The position numbers and the translations under genes are program-made. A model generated the notes under the pieces. It saw only the letters and a program-made list of their open reading frames with translations, did not search any database and was not told where the DNA came from. A stretch of DNA of 64,000 nucleotides from a bacterium (lineage in GTDB: Bacteria; Patescibacteriota; Dojkabacteria; GCA-002793355), in the NCBI GenBank assembly GCA_020853235.1, contig JADYZG010000008.1, forward strand, positions 14,498 through 78,497. Direction: 5' to 3'. Positions 27,742 to 38,134 of the stretch are shown one piece after another. How positions within the stretch are numbered: the first letter of the stretch is position 1; each line of letters starts with the position of its first letter.

Positions 27742-30591
27742 CTACATCGATAAACTCTCCCCTATTTCCGCTTCTGCCTTCAACGGAACATCCAGTACAA
27801 CAACACTCTCCATAATTCCTATAATTTTTGCAATCTTTTCATCCAAATATTCTTTACTCTTGTTCTCCATTTCGAATACCAATTCGTCATGAACCTGAAG
27901 AACTAACTTGATTTCACCACTGAGTATTTCAGGTAATAACGTAATTTTTCCTAATGCCAAGCGCATAATATCGTCTGCACCGCCTTGAATCGGCATGTTA
28001 ATTGCTTCTCGCTCCGATGCTTGCGCACGCATTTTGTTACTTGTATTAATTCCGCCAATAAATCGCCTACGACCTAACAACGATTGGACGTACCCTTTCT
28101 CACGGGCAAACACAACGGTTTTGCTCATATACTCCTTGACTTGTGGAAACTGTGCGAAATATTCTTCGATAAACTTTGCCGCTTCTTTCACATCAACACC
28201 TATCGACTTCGCTAAACCGAACGAGGACATTCCGTAAACCAAACCGAAGTTAATACTCTTAGAAAATCGCCTCTGGCTGTCGGTAACTTTATTAAATGGC
28301 GTATGGAAAACTTTTGCAGCAGTACTTCGGTGAATATCATCTCCTTTTCGGAAAGCATCGATTAAGCCTTGATCCCGAGAAATATGCGCAAGAACACGTA
28401 AATCAATTTGTGAATAATCAATCGACACCAATTTCTTACCTTTCTCTGGAACAAAGAAGCTTCTAATAACTTTGCCTGCTTCTGTTTTAACTGGTAAGTT
28501 TTGGAGATTCGGATTTACCGAAGATAATCTTCCTGAGCTGGTACTCATAACAGAAAATGTAGAATGTACTCGAAGTAAGTTTCCATTTAGCTCAAGCTGC
28601 GAGCGATGTTGTGAACTTGTTCCTGTCTTCTTACTTTCTGCAAACATACTCATCTGCTCTCCTCTACCTTCACTCTCACTTTCATTCGGGGTTTCGGCAC
28701 GTTTTTTCAACTCTAAATATGGCTCCATGTACGTTGAAACCAACTTAGAAATCTGCCTAAATTCCATAATTTTTTCTACAACCGGGTGTGCACTAACCAA
28801 CCCTTGGAGCACTTCATCATCCGTAGAGTATCCCGTCTTTGTTTTTCGTGCATTCGGAAGATTGAGACTCCCGAAAAGAACGTTTGCCAACTGTTTTGGT
28901 GATCGAATGTTAAATTCAAATCCAACAATGTCATAAATTTCTTTCTCACAACGAGTAATAATGTTTTTATACTCTTCAATTTTTTCGGCAACCTTTTCGA
29001 GGTCTATCGAAATTCCTCGCTGATGCATTAATGCGACTCCGATTGCTGCTGGTAAATCCTCACACATTGCGATGGTATACGGAATTAACCCACCCCATTC
29101 AGGGACATCAGTCACTCTACTCCACAGTTCAAGTACACGCTCTTCTGGAACGTATTTTTGCGCTGTGGCAAATTCAGAAGCCATTCTAAATAAGGTAATT
29201 TCGACAACTTTTTCCCGATTATTTTTTAGTTCATCTGGAAGATTACCTAAACCTGCTTGTAATAAATCTTGTTGTAACGAATAGTCACTTCGCCCTGTAT
29301 GAAGTAAGTACGAAAGTAGCTCAATGTCTAAAAGATCTTTAAGATTTTTCTCTTCTAAAGCTACTTGCTCTGTTGCCGAAGCCGCATTCGAAAGCATGTC
29401 GAACATTCCAAAAGAAATCGTATTCAATTTCTTATTTGCCTCATTTTTTCTTGGAAATTCACTGATATACAGTACTTCATTGCAGTAGATAGCGAGTTTC
29501 CAGTACCCTTCTTTTGGTTTTGCAAAAAGTAATTCGACCCGATCACCAAAATCTTTATTCAACAAGTCGATTTCTGTATGTATCGCTTCATTAGATTCTC
29601 CGAGCTCTTTTGTTTGTTCAACTAGCTCTTCTGATTTCTCAGTATTCATTTCGAGTTGTTCAGTATTTTGTTGCTCTAGAGAATTACCTGCTAAAGCAAC
29701 CAACTTATTCAATCTAGGAAACAAACTCTTAAACTGCATTTTGCTAAATAATTGCGAGACTTCTCGAGGATTAAACGTTCTTGTTTCTGCATCTTCTGGA
29801 ACAAACGTTACTGGTGCATCTTTTGCAATCGTTGCCAATTGTTTACTCATCACTGCACTCTCGTGCCCATCGGTAAGTAGCTGTGCAATCCTCTTATTAT
29901 CCGCTGCAATATCTCCAATATGGGTATAAATTTCTTCAATCGTTTGATATTTATTCAATAACTCACTCGCACTTTTTGGACCAATTCCCTTAACTCCTGG
30001 AATATTATCCGAGCTATCGCCCATAAGCCCCTTTAAGTCAGGAACACGTTCAGGCGTAACGCCCATAGATTTAAAAACTTTATCTTCAGTAAATTGCTCA
30101 AGATTCTTAAAACTTCCTTTTGGTAGTATGACCTGTACACGTTCGTTAACCAGCTGAAAAAGATCACGATCTCCGGTCAAAATATATGTTTGCGTAATTG
30201 GCCAAAATCGCTCTGTACCAATTTTAGTAGCTACTGTTCCTAAAATATCGTCGGCCTCATAGCCCTCAACATCAAATACAGGAATATTTAATGTTTTAAG
30301 TACTTCGTAAACGTATGGAATCTGGGTAACCAATTCATTGTCAGCTACTGGTCTATTCGCCTTGTACCCCGTATAGGATACATGCCTAAATGTCGGTTTT
30401 TTTGTGTCAAATGCGCAGAATACATACTCAGGCTTAAACTGCAGAAGTGCATCCAGAAACATCGCTGTAAAGCCATACACTGCATTCACAGGCTGTCCAT
30501 CGGTTGTCGTTAGAGAAAGCGGGTACGCGTGATATGCCCGATGCAAGAGAGAGTTTGCATCAACCGCGAGGAGAAGGCCTTTCGTTAGCAT
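27742..30591 (-). CDS. polA: DNA polymerase I
   Basis: N-terminal 5'-nuclease (DANSLLHRAYHA..., GDRDLFQL, GIGPKSA). C-terminal family-A polymerase motifs (DYSQIDLRVLAH, RRFSKSINFGLVYG, QVHDELVFE). Confidence 0.92.
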   Translation of the reverse strand: MLTKGLLLAVDANSLLHRAYHAYPLSLTTTDGQPVNAVYGFTAMFLDALLQFKPEYVFCAFDTKKPTFRHVSYTGYKANRPVADNELVTQIPYVYEVLKTLNIPVFDVEGYEADDILGTVATKIGTERFWPITQTYILTGDRDLFQLVNERVQVILPKGSFKNLEQFTEDKVFKSMGVTPERVPDLKGLMGDSSDNIPGVKGIGPKSASELLNKYQTIEEIYTHIGDIAADNKRIAQLLTDGHESAVMSKQLATIAKDAPVTFVPEDAETRTFNPREVSQLFSKMQFKSLFPRLNKLVALAGNSLEQQNTEQLEMNTEKSEELVEQTKELGESNEAIHTEIDLLNKDFGDRVELLFAKPKEGYWKLAIYCNEVLYISEFPRKNEANKKLNTISFGMFDMLSNAASATEQVALEEKNLKDLLDIELLSYLLHTGRSDYSLQQDLLQAGLGNLPDELKNNREKVVEITLFRMASEFATAQKYVPEERVLELWSRVTDVPEWGGLIPYTIAMCEDLPAAIGVALMHQRGISIDLEKVAEKIEEYKNIITRCEKEIYDIVGFEFNIRSPKQLANVLFGSLNLPNARKTKTGYSTDDEVLQGLVSAHPVVEKIMEFRQISKLVSTYMEPYLELKKRAETPNESESEGRGEQMSMFAESKKTGTSSQHRSQLELNGNLLRVHSTFSVMSTSSGRLSSVNPNLQNLPVKTEAGKVIRSFFVPEKGKKLVSIDYSQIDLRVLAHISRDQGLIDAFRKGDDIHRSTAAKVFHTPFNKVTDSQRRFSKSINFGLVYGMSSFGLAKSIGVDVKEAAKFIEEYFAQFPQVKEYMSKTVVFAREKGYVQSLLGRRRFIGGINTSNKMRAQASEREAINMPIQGGADDIMRLALGKITLLPEILSGEIKLVLQVHDELVFEMENKSKEYLDEKIAKIIGIMESVVVLDVPLKAEAEIGESLSM

Positions 30592-30597
30592 GTCCTA

Positions 30598-31704
30598 TTA
30601 TGCCATAGATCTCTGTACTCGTGCATTTCTGCGCTGCTGCGCCTCCTTATCTCTTTCGTTGATCATTCTCTGATAACCAATCTCAATAAACTGCTCGATC
30701 CTTTCGAAAACAGAATTTGCATCATCAGCAACAAATAAATTCTCTGCGAAACCAGCTCTTTCCACTTCGGCGTGAAAAACATCGAATGGCTTATAGAGCA
30801 TTATATTCCCGTAATCCTCCATAAGTTCTTCTTTATCCTCGTCCGTAGTCTTTCCGGGGTCTAGCTTTAGAATTTCTGCACGAATTTTACTCCCAAAATC
30901 GATACCGTAAATTATTCGAATATTTTCTCTAATATATCTACCCAAAATGGAAGTAGGTACGAGTTGTTTCTGAAATAGTTTAAGTTTTTTCTCGAGTATT
31001 GGGGTAGAATCAAAAATACGCTTTCTCTCCATAAAGATTTTATTAAAAAAAACTTCTTTTTTTGTATCGTTGCCAACAAGTGCCTCCTTGATTTGATCCT
31101 CTTTCACTCGAAAAGAGAAGTACCCAAGTAAAATAGCAAAGTATCCCCAATCGCCACCCCGCTCCGCAATTCCCTTTAGTAGTTTTATCTGCTGTGCTGG
31201 CGGGGTCGTTTTGCTGAATTGCATCCATTCTTTCACTAAAGCAACCCCTACATACCGATCTTTTGTTTCCATTACCGGCTCCAATACCACCCTGAATCGC
31301 AAGGATCTATGCAATGTTCTCTTACTTCCTTTATATTCATAAGGAGGAATCACAAACAACCGACTTCCCTCTTGTAGTAAATCAACAATTCTTTGTGCGG
31401 TCTTTCTAAATAATTCTCCTAAACTAGGTGATCGACGAACCTTTTCATTCAACTCAGAAAAACAGTCCGGATTGTCGTAAACAGCGCTAGCAATATTTCT
31501 GATATTTTTACCAAACTGAACTTCCGAATTACTTACAATAGCCAAATGCGCCTGTTCTCGTAATGCACTTTTAATATACGACGGCAAGCGTGTCTCTTCT
31601 CCTGTTATAACTACTTCTGTTCTCTCTAATTCGCTGGGAGACGCTCCAGAATGTATTCGTCGGTTCATTACGTTTTCGACTTTACCTTGGGAAACATCCA
31701 TCAT
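30598..31704 (-). CDS. Hypothetical protein (about 369 aa)
   Basis: Start set at MMDVSQGK (31704) to avoid overlapping the upstream gene. No motif recognised. Stop lies 6 nt before the polA start. Confidence 0.45.
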   Translation of the reverse strand: MMDVSQGKVENVMNRRIHSGASPSELERTEVVITGEETRLPSYIKSALREQAHLAIVSNSEVQFGKNIRNIASAVYDNPDCFSELNEKVRRSPSLGELFRKTAQRIVDLLQEGSRLFVIPPYEYKGSKRTLHRSLRFRVVLEPVMETKDRYVGVALVKEWMQFSKTTPPAQQIKLLKGIAERGGDWGYFAILLGYFSFRVKEDQIKEALVGNDTKKEVFFNKIFMERKRIFDSTPILEKKLKLFQKQLVPTSILGRYIRENIRIIYGIDFGSKIRAEILKLDPGKTTDEDKEELMEDYGNIMLYKPFDVFHAEVERAGFAENLFVADDANSVFERIEQFIEIGYQRMINERDKEAQQRRNARVQRSMA

Positions 31705-31732
31705 GGATTTTACTATAAGTCCACGAATTTTT

Positions 31733-32437
31733 CTATCCCCAATGCCTAGCCATGTCGAATTGTGGTATCTCAAAACTTCCTGCACTACCAGGCAAGGCAA
31801 GTTTAAAAAGATCATTTGCCATTTTCCTCGCAACAAGGTACGTCCCGATATTATTCAAACTGATGCCATCTGGGTTCCCAACTTCCATTTGAAAAAGCTC
31901 ATTCTTTTTTGTAGTCGTATACGTCATTATTTTCGAAAGGTCTACATTCTCGAATTCATTATATAGGTCAATAAACTGTAGATTTCTTACGACAGCCTTT
32001 TCTTTAAATATCGCGCGTAACGATAATGTAGCTGCTCGACTTCCTTCGTTAAGAAGTGGATACGGTGACCATAAAACGACTTCAATATACTTGTGGTGCA
32101 GCGTATCCAATAATTGTTCTAACTCATTTGAAAAAATTTTCTCGTTATACTGTGGAAATACCGGGGTGACACCGAAAGACAAAACGACAAGATCGGGTTT
32201 ATATTGACCAATATATTCCGTGTAATAAGTAAAAACATGACGAGGTGTCGCTCTGTCAATACCGGCATTAATAACTTTCCTGCGCCAGGAGGTTTGTACT
32301 TCTCCGTTTTCCCAGAGTGTTCTCTGCAGCCAATCTGTCCAATTTGGCTTACTGTACGGTTGTGATGTTTGCATATCGCCAACAAAAACTACCTTTAAAA
32401 AATCCTCTGAGTGAAGCCTGTCTCTATATCCGAGCAT
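31733..32437 (-). CDS. SGNH-hydrolase-like protein lacking the canonical catalytic residues
   Basis: Block I reads VVFVGDMQT (GDS replaced by GDM). The block V position reads NPDGISLNN (no DxxH His). Fold assignment is tentative. Confidence 0.4.
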   Translation of the reverse strand: MLGYRDRLHSEDFLKVVFVGDMQTSQPYSKPNWTDWLQRTLWENGEVQTSWRRKVINAGIDRATPRHVFTYYTEYIGQYKPDLVVLSFGVTPVFPQYNEKIFSNELEQLLDTLHHKYIEVVLWSPYPLLNEGSRAATLSLRAIFKEKAVVRNLQFIDLYNEFENVDLSKIMTYTTTKKNELFQMEVGNPDGISLNNIGTYLVARKMANDLFKLALPGSAGSFEIPQFDMARHWG

Positions 32438-33291
32438 TACTCATTATGCTCATTCACAATAAAAACTGCAAGATTCCTCTGACCAAAAGAATTAATAGAA
32501 ATTGTTACGGTACCTTCTCTTTCTCCTGTAATTGCATACTTGTTCCTGCCTATTTCTTTCATTTCTTGAGGAACATTGTGAATCGCACCCTGTTCGTCAT
32601 TTATAAAAAAGGATGGACCGGAAGTTGCAAATATGAGCGAGGTTCTCTTTGAACCATATGTATTGAGCTTATAGGTTTTATCACCCGTAATCACCGGCAA
32701 AGTCACCTTTATCGAAGAGTATGACGCGTAAATTTCAACATTTACAGATCGCGATTCACGTAAATCAAATGTCCCTTCATTCTCATTTAAGACATATACT
32801 TGATCACCACGGTAAGATTTTGGTATCGATAGTTCCCAAAAAGCAGAAGTCCTCGAAAGTAATGAGTGACCATGCTTCTGTTCAATTATAAATGAATCCG
32901 AGAGTAGTTCCCTACCTCGTTTTTCATCTTTTTGATACTCACCACGTCTTAAAATGGATTTCTGGATACTTTCTTTCGTTTTGTACCTAAATATTTCTTC
33001 GTTTGAGGTTGTAAGTTGAAATTTTCCATCTCGTAAAGAAACGAAAACAGGTATTGAGGCGGTACTCTGTGCAAATTCATCCAATTCGTAGGGGAAAACT
33101 ACCAATAACAATCCACGAAGGAATAAAATTATAGTTATACCCACAAAAAGAATCCTCTTAGCAATACTGCCTAGCAGTAAATATCTCCTTAATAACTTTG
33201 TAATGATACTTATTCCAAATAATACGAACCAAAGGAACCACAACTCGATAACCGGACTAAAAAATTGCTGCAAGAGAAAGAGCACATCCAT
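32437..33291 (-). CDS. Hypothetical membrane protein (N-terminal TM bundle plus beta-rich ectodomain)
   Basis: 2-3 N-terminal TM segments. Shares 1-nt start/stop overlaps with both ftsH and the SGNH-like gene. Confidence 0.5.
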   Translation of the reverse strand: MDVLFLLQQFFSPVIELWFLWFVLFGISIITKLLRRYLLLGSIAKRILFVGITIILFLRGLLLVVFPYELDEFAQSTASIPVFVSLRDGKFQLTTSNEEIFRYKTKESIQKSILRRGEYQKDEKRGRELLSDSFIIEQKHGHSLLSRTSAFWELSIPKSYRGDQVYVLNENEGTFDLRESRSVNVEIYASYSSIKVTLPVITGDKTYKLNTYGSKRTSLIFATSGPSFFINDEQGAIHNVPQEMKEIGRNKYAITGEREGTVTISINSFGQRNLAVFIVNEHNE

Positions 33292-35219
33292 TACTCTATT
33301 TCGGAGCTTTTTCGTGTTTTAATCCACTCGGAAACGCTGAGCAGCTTTGGTTTCTCTTTCTGTGGAGGTTTCTGTTTACCGTGCTTCTCGACAAGCATCA
33401 GCAATGTTTCTGCTGTCATAGTTTCCTCCCTCAAAAGTTCTTTTGCAACGGCTTCAAGCAAGGTTTTTTCTCGTTTTAAGATGGAAAAAGCAAGATCGTA
33501 TTGCCTATTCATCAATTCAACTACTTCCTTATCCATTTCTTCTGCAGTTTTGTCGCTATATTTGATCTTGGAGGAAAATACATCAAAATCTTCATCTTTA
33601 TCAAATTGCACAAAACCAATTTTTTCACTCATTCCAACGTTCTTGATCATCAGATTCGCAATCTTTGATGCATGTTCTATATCACCGGACGCACCGGTTG
33701 TGATGTACTCTTTTCCATAAATCAATTCTTCGGCTGCACGACCTGCTGCAAGAACAGCAATTCTATCCAAAAGATTCTGTTTTGTTTGACTATGAGATTC
33801 CCTGCCATCATGAACGGTCATGCCTAGTGAAATTCCTCGAGGGACCACTGTTATCGACTTTATTGCATCAGCATCCTTTAGGTAAGTTCCGACAATCCCG
33901 TGACCTGCTTCATGATAGGCAGTAGACAATAGATCTTCCTGCGACATCATTAAACTGCCTCGACGTGGCCCCATCGAAACTTTCAATGCTGCCTCGTGAA
34001 TATCCTCTTGGTGGATTTCCTTGCGTTTTGCACGAACAGCAAGAATTGCTGCCTCATTCAATACGTTCTCTAAATCAGCACCTGAGAACCCGACGGTAAA
34101 TTGTGCAATTTTTTGCAGATCAACATCAGAACCAAATTTCTTGTTTTTTCCATGAACACCAAGAATTTCAGCTCTTTCTGTAATATCGGGCAGCGCAAGT
34201 CGAACATTCCTATCAAATCGACCTGGACGCAAAATTGCAGGATCAAGGACATCCGGTCTATTAGTTGCTGCAATAACAATAACAGCATCACGCTTCTCGA
34301 ATCCATCCATTTCGACGAGTATTTGGTTCAACGTCTGTTCTGAATGAGAAGATTTGTAATCCATACCGCGTCGACGTGCTACTGCATCGATTTCATCAAT
34401 AAAGATAATCGCAGGAGAAAGATTCTTTGCACGTTTGAATAAATCTCGAACTCGTGCGGCGCCTGCACCAACAAGCATTTCTTCGAATTCTGGACCCGAG
34501 GTATGGAAAAATGGTACTTTTGCCTCTCCAGCAACTGCACGGGCCAACAATGTTTTTCCCGTACCAGGATCACCGACAAGCAGAACTCCGCGCGGAATTC
34601 TAGCTCCCATTTCAAAAAATTGTTTCGGGTTTTTCAAAAAGTCTACAATTTCAACAATTTCTTCTTTTGCCTCTGTCGCTCCTGCAATATCTTTGAAGGT
34701 AACGTCGGGTCTCTTACCAATAATAACGTTTGCTCCACTCTTTCCAAACGAAGAGAGTCCTCCCCCTGTTGCATTTTGTCTTTGAATTGCACGGACGAAA
34801 CTCCAAACGCCATAGGCAAGAACACCCATCAATACAAGCCCGCCAAAGTTTACCAACTGTTCAGAAATATTTGAGTTGTTTGGTCGATAATTTACCTCTG
34901 CTATATTGACCCCCGCATCTTGAAGTAGTTTTGGGAAATCAGTTTTTGTTCCGATCTGCGTATACTGACGTGATTTATCCTTTTGCTCAATAAGAATGGT
35001 GTTACCTTGCTCAATAACAGTCTCAACTTTTTTTTCTTGAATCAATTTTACTGCTTCGCCCATGGAAATTTCACTACCCATCTGCCAAACTGAATACGCC
35101 TGGAACCCAAGGAAAACAAGTACGACAATTGCAACGACAGTGATTGTTTTTCGAATTGTTTCTGGAGTAATTTCCCCCTCGACGATAACTGCACGGTCTT
35201 GTTCTTTATTTTTTGCCAT
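33291..35219 (-). CDS. ftsH: ATP-dependent zinc metalloprotease FtsH
   Basis: Two TMs, AAA+ Walker [19 protein letters not shown], Walker [13 protein letters not shown], zinc site HEAGHGIV. Start at MAKNKEQ (ATG 35219), preceded by AAGGAAG. Confidence 0.92.
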   Translation of the reverse strand: MAKNKEQDRAVIVEGEITPETIRKTITVVAIVVLVFLGFQAYSVWQMGSEISMGEAVKLIQEKKVETVIEQGNTILIEQKDKSRQYTQIGTKTDFPKLLQDAGVNIAEVNYRPNNSNISEQLVNFGGLVLMGVLAYGVWSFVRAIQRQNATGGGLSSFGKSGANVIIGKRPDVTFKDIAGATEAKEEIVEIVDFLKNPKQFFEMGARIPRGVLLVGDPGTGKTLLARAVAGEAKVPFFHTSGPEFEEMLVGAGAARVRDLFKRAKNLSPAIIFIDEIDAVARRRGMDYKSSHSEQTLNQILVEMDGFEKRDAVIVIAATNRPDVLDPAILRPGRFDRNVRLALPDITERAEILGVHGKNKKFGSDVDLQKIAQFTVGFSGADLENVLNEAAILAVRAKRKEIHQEDIHEAALKVSMGPRRGSLMMSQEDLLSTAYHEAGHGIVGTYLKDADAIKSITVVPRGISLGMTVHDGRESHSQTKQNLLDRIAVLAAGRAAEELIYGKEYITTGASGDIEHASKIANLMIKNVGMSEKIGFVQFDKDEDFDVFSSKIKYSDKTAEEMDKEVVELMNRQYDLAFSILKREKTLLEAVAKELLREETMTAETLLMLVEKHGKQKPPQKEKPKLLSVSEWIKTRKSSEIE

Positions 35220-35413
35220 ATCTTCCTTTGAGTAACAGATTAACGAATACTCAATTGTAGCAGACACATACAACGATTGCTAACATTAACTATCCTTTTT
35301 CTTATTCACTATTCGAAATAGGAAATCTGCTTCTTTTGTGTTTTTTCTGATTACGATCGTCATGGGTGATAGCTTCGCTATTTTGAACAGAAAATAGAAG
35401 AAAAACATAAATC

Positions 35414-35487
35414 TGGTGGCGAGCAGGATCGAACTGCTGACCTTGGGGTTATGAATCCCATGCTCTAACCAACTGAGCTACGCCACC
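35414..35487 (-). tRNA. tRNA with CAU anticodon, elongator type (Met, or Ile2 if lysidinylated)
   Basis: Acceptor ggtggcg/cgccacc with 1:72 paired, anticodon loop ttCATaa, T-arm cagca-gttcgat-cctgc region. Lacks initiator features. Confidence 0.85.
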
Positions 35488-35666
35488 GACAATGGAATTA
35501 TAGCATTATTAAGCGACGATTATTACCTCAATTACAACACTGCGGACAACGCAGATACAAAAAAACCTTAAAACTGAAAGACGATACCTACTGACTCTTC
35601 ACTCGTAGAAAATAACAAGAATTTTGTCTTACCTTTTTGAACCAATAGACTATTTTCTCGTTCCCA

Positions 35667-36551
35667 CTAAAGTTCTTTTAAACTATCCTTGTCACCATCA
35701 GTTGCCTTCACAACATCAAGATACTTTTCTGTTGTCGAAATTCGCTTGTGTCCGACTATCTTTGCGACTGTAAGGACATTAACCCCACTCGCCAGGTGAT
35801 GTGCAATAAAAGTATTGCGGATATCGTTTACCGTAGCATTCTTAATTCCTGCCCTACTAAATGCACGTTTAATCGATGAGCGCATATTCCTAATAGGGAT
35901 AGTATTTCCGCTTTTCGTGATAAAAATACTTTTAATTCCCGATGCCGTTGCGGGGCGAACACGAAGATAATCTTGAATAGACTGATACGCAACTTCATTT
36001 AAAGGGACGTTACGCATCGCATGTGATCCAAAGGTTTGGATATGTAGATAACGGTGCCCCAGTGGTGTAATTCGAATATCCTCGGTGCTTAAGCGCTGTA
36101 GTTCACCAATCCTTAGCCCCGTTTGCAAAAGAAGTTCGACCATTGTGTACAAACGTACGTCGATACGACTCGCATCTCGAAGAGCACGGTATTCGATTTT
36201 ATTTAATGTTCGGGGAAGTTTTACCTCAATTTTAGGGTGTGTTAGTCGAAGTGATGGGTCCTTATCTATTGCGATGATCCCTTGTTCTCGAAGGTACTTA
36301 AAAAAAGTTCGAATACTATTAATCTTTCGAGAAACTGTTTTAAGATTAAAACCTTTTTCGATTTGTACATATTGCAAAAACGCCTTCAGTTCTTCCGTGG
36401 TAATCGTTTCACTCGTTGTAACTCCTTTTTCAGAAAGATATTCTTGCACCTGTTCGATATCCTTCTTGTATGCAATAAGAGTTGAGGTGGATTTACCCTT
36501 TTCTTTAAGGTACTCTATAAATTTCTGGATCAATTCACCCACGAGCGCCAT
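35667..36551 (-). CDS. Tyrosine site-specific recombinase, XerC/XerD-like
   Basis: N-terminal SAM-like core-binding domain. Catalytic region has LLLQTGLRIGEL (Arg I), HHLASGVNVLTVAKIVGHKRISTTEKYL (H-x-x-R ... H ... Y). Start at MALVGE (36551). Confidence 0.8.
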   Translation of the reverse strand: MALVGELIQKFIEYLKEKGKSTSTLIAYKKDIEQVQEYLSEKGVTTSETITTEELKAFLQYVQIEKGFNLKTVSRKINSIRTFFKYLREQGIIAIDKDPSLRLTHPKIEVKLPRTLNKIEYRALRDASRIDVRLYTMVELLLQTGLRIGELQRLSTEDIRITPLGHRYLHIQTFGSHAMRNVPLNEVAYQSIQDYLRVRPATASGIKSIFITKSGNTIPIRNMRSSIKRAFSRAGIKNATVNDIRNTFIAHHLASGVNVLTVAKIVGHKRISTTEKYLDVVKATDGDKDSLKEL

Positions 36552-36788
36552 ACTATTCCGCCTTATATTAGTCCTCACTGATGGGGCAGCCCTTGTCAAT
36601 AGTTAGGTAAATTTACAACTATGACGGATTCAATATCAGTCTTATAAAATTATTATATCAATACGTTCTACACTTTTCAATGGATAAACGAGAGCATTAA
36701 TTATTGGTTATTTCCTAGTGGAGTAACATTCTTTTTCCCCTCTCTTACATTTCTCGCTTCGTATATTCTCTAAATGTTATACTGGGTT

Positions 36789-37160
36789 ATGAACAAAATA
36801 CTGTTTACGATCATTCTTGTTCTTGCCTGTACGATTCTATCCATCAATGCTCTACGATCTATCACGAAATCTTACAGCGTCGGCTCGATTTATCAAGAAC
36901 GAAAAAAGCAAACAGAACAGCAATACTTAGAAGTTATCAAAAAAAAGAATGAGCTTGATTACATCAATAGCCCATTTTTTATAGAAAAACAGTTGCGAGA
37001 GAGTCTGAATTACTACAAAAAGGGTGAGAAGCTTCTTGTATTTACTGGGCAACCAAACAAAGAAATGAAGGAAACCAATACAAAAGCGACAGACCCTGTA
37101 ACCCAATGGCTCACACTACTTTCCATAGGAATCTCGAACCCTTTGGACGAACGACAGTAG
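36789..37160 (+). CDS. Septum formation initiator (FtsB/DivIC family)-like protein
   Basis: Single N-terminal TM, a coiled segment, then INSPFFIEKQLRESLNYYKKGEKLLVF, matching the FtsB/DivIC C-terminal signature. Confidence 0.55.
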   Translation: MNKILFTIILVLACTILSINALRSITKSYSVGSIYQERKKQTEQQYLEVIKKKNELDYINSPFFIEKQLRESLNYYKKGEKLLVFTGQPNKEMKETNTKATDPVTQWLTLLSIGISNPLDERQ

Positions 37161-37859
37161 CGTAATAACTTCGTTTTCTGAAAGCTCTCGATAATTACTT
37201 GGCTGCAATTCTCCCAGTTGAAGATTTCCAATCCGAAGTCGCTTTAACCTCCACACATGGTTTCTTACAACCCTGAAAGCTTCACGAATTTCTCGCTTCT
37301 TCCCCTCGACAAGAGTAATCCTATATGTGTTTTTATTTACCTGCTCTAGTGCCTTAAATTGATACGCTTCTCCCACCTCAGAAGTAACACCCCGCAATAA
37401 TTCCTGTCTTTCGCCTTCTGTAATCTCTCGTTTTACAGTAACCTCGTACTGCTTTTCCACTTGGTATCGCGGATGTGTAAGAACGTAACCAACATCCCCA
37501 TTATCTGTCAAGAGCAGTAATCCCTCAGAATTCTTATCTAACCTTCCAACAATTTGCCATCGTGTTTTCTTGCGAAGTTCATGAGGAAGAAGCTCAAGAA
37601 CGGAATGTTCATTCGAATAAAAATCAACCGTTGTTGACGTATACCCAACAGGCTTACAAAGTAATACATACGAATACCTTCTATCCTCGTTATTTGGACG
37701 ATATTTTTGCCCATTGACCTCAATCAACTCGTTACCTTCAACAATTTGGCCAATATGTGCTAATTTTCCATTTACGAGTACACGATCAGCAGCAATTAAT
37801 TCTTCTGATTTACGACGTGAAGCCACACCAAGGTTACGAAGATAAACATGAAGTTTCAT
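37116..37859 (-). CDS. Pseudouridine synthase, RsuA/RluB family
   Basis: N-terminal S4 domain (LGVASRRKSEELI...VLVNG) and catalytic GRLDKNSEGLLLLTDNG motif. Confidence 0.8.
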   Translation of the reverse strand: MKLHVYLRNLGVASRRKSEELIAADRVLVNGKLAHIGQIVEGNELIEVNGQKYRPNNEDRRYSYVLLCKPVGYTSTTVDFYSNEHSVLELLPHELRKKTRWQIVGRLDKNSEGLLLLTDNGDVGYVLTHPRYQVEKQYEVTVKREITEGERQELLRGVTSEVGEAYQFKALEQVNKNTYRITLVEGKKREIREAFRVVRNHVWRLKRLRIGNLQLGELQPSNYRELSENEVITLLSFVQRVRDSYGK

Positions 37860-37983
37860 AAAAACTATTATAGACTATTGCCCTCGTGACAAACAATCTC
37901 GCATTGCCCCGTATCAACCTTGATTTCGACGTAGATTCTCTGTATAATTCAAATACCGATTCATAACGAAAAAGTCCCTTTAT

Positions 37984-38058
37984 AGCGGGATGGAGCAAAG
38001 GCAGCTCGTCAGGCCCATAACCTGAAGGTTCTTGGTTCGAGTCCAAGTCCCGCAACCA
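37984..38058 (+). tRNA. Initiator tRNA-fMet (CAU) with genomically encoded CCA
   Basis: Near-colinear with E. coli tRNA-fMet: aGCGGGaTGGAGCA...GCTCGTCaGGCcCATAACCtGAAGGT...CCCGCAACCA. Position 1:72 is an A/A mismatch; the anticodon loop is ccCATaa. Confidence 0.85.
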
Positions 38059-38134
38059 AAAAATTCCACAACTTTGAGTGATTCGGAACCGTAGTTACCG
38101 AAAGACTCGCAAATTTCAACTAAAAACTTAAACG

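Noticed and set aside
35274-36790. Possible integrative island bounded by tRNA(CAU) and the tyrosine recombinase
   Set aside because: No repeat of the tRNA 3' end (cgccacca) is seen on the other side of the recombinase. The neighbours are core genes, so it is kept only as a low-interest finding.
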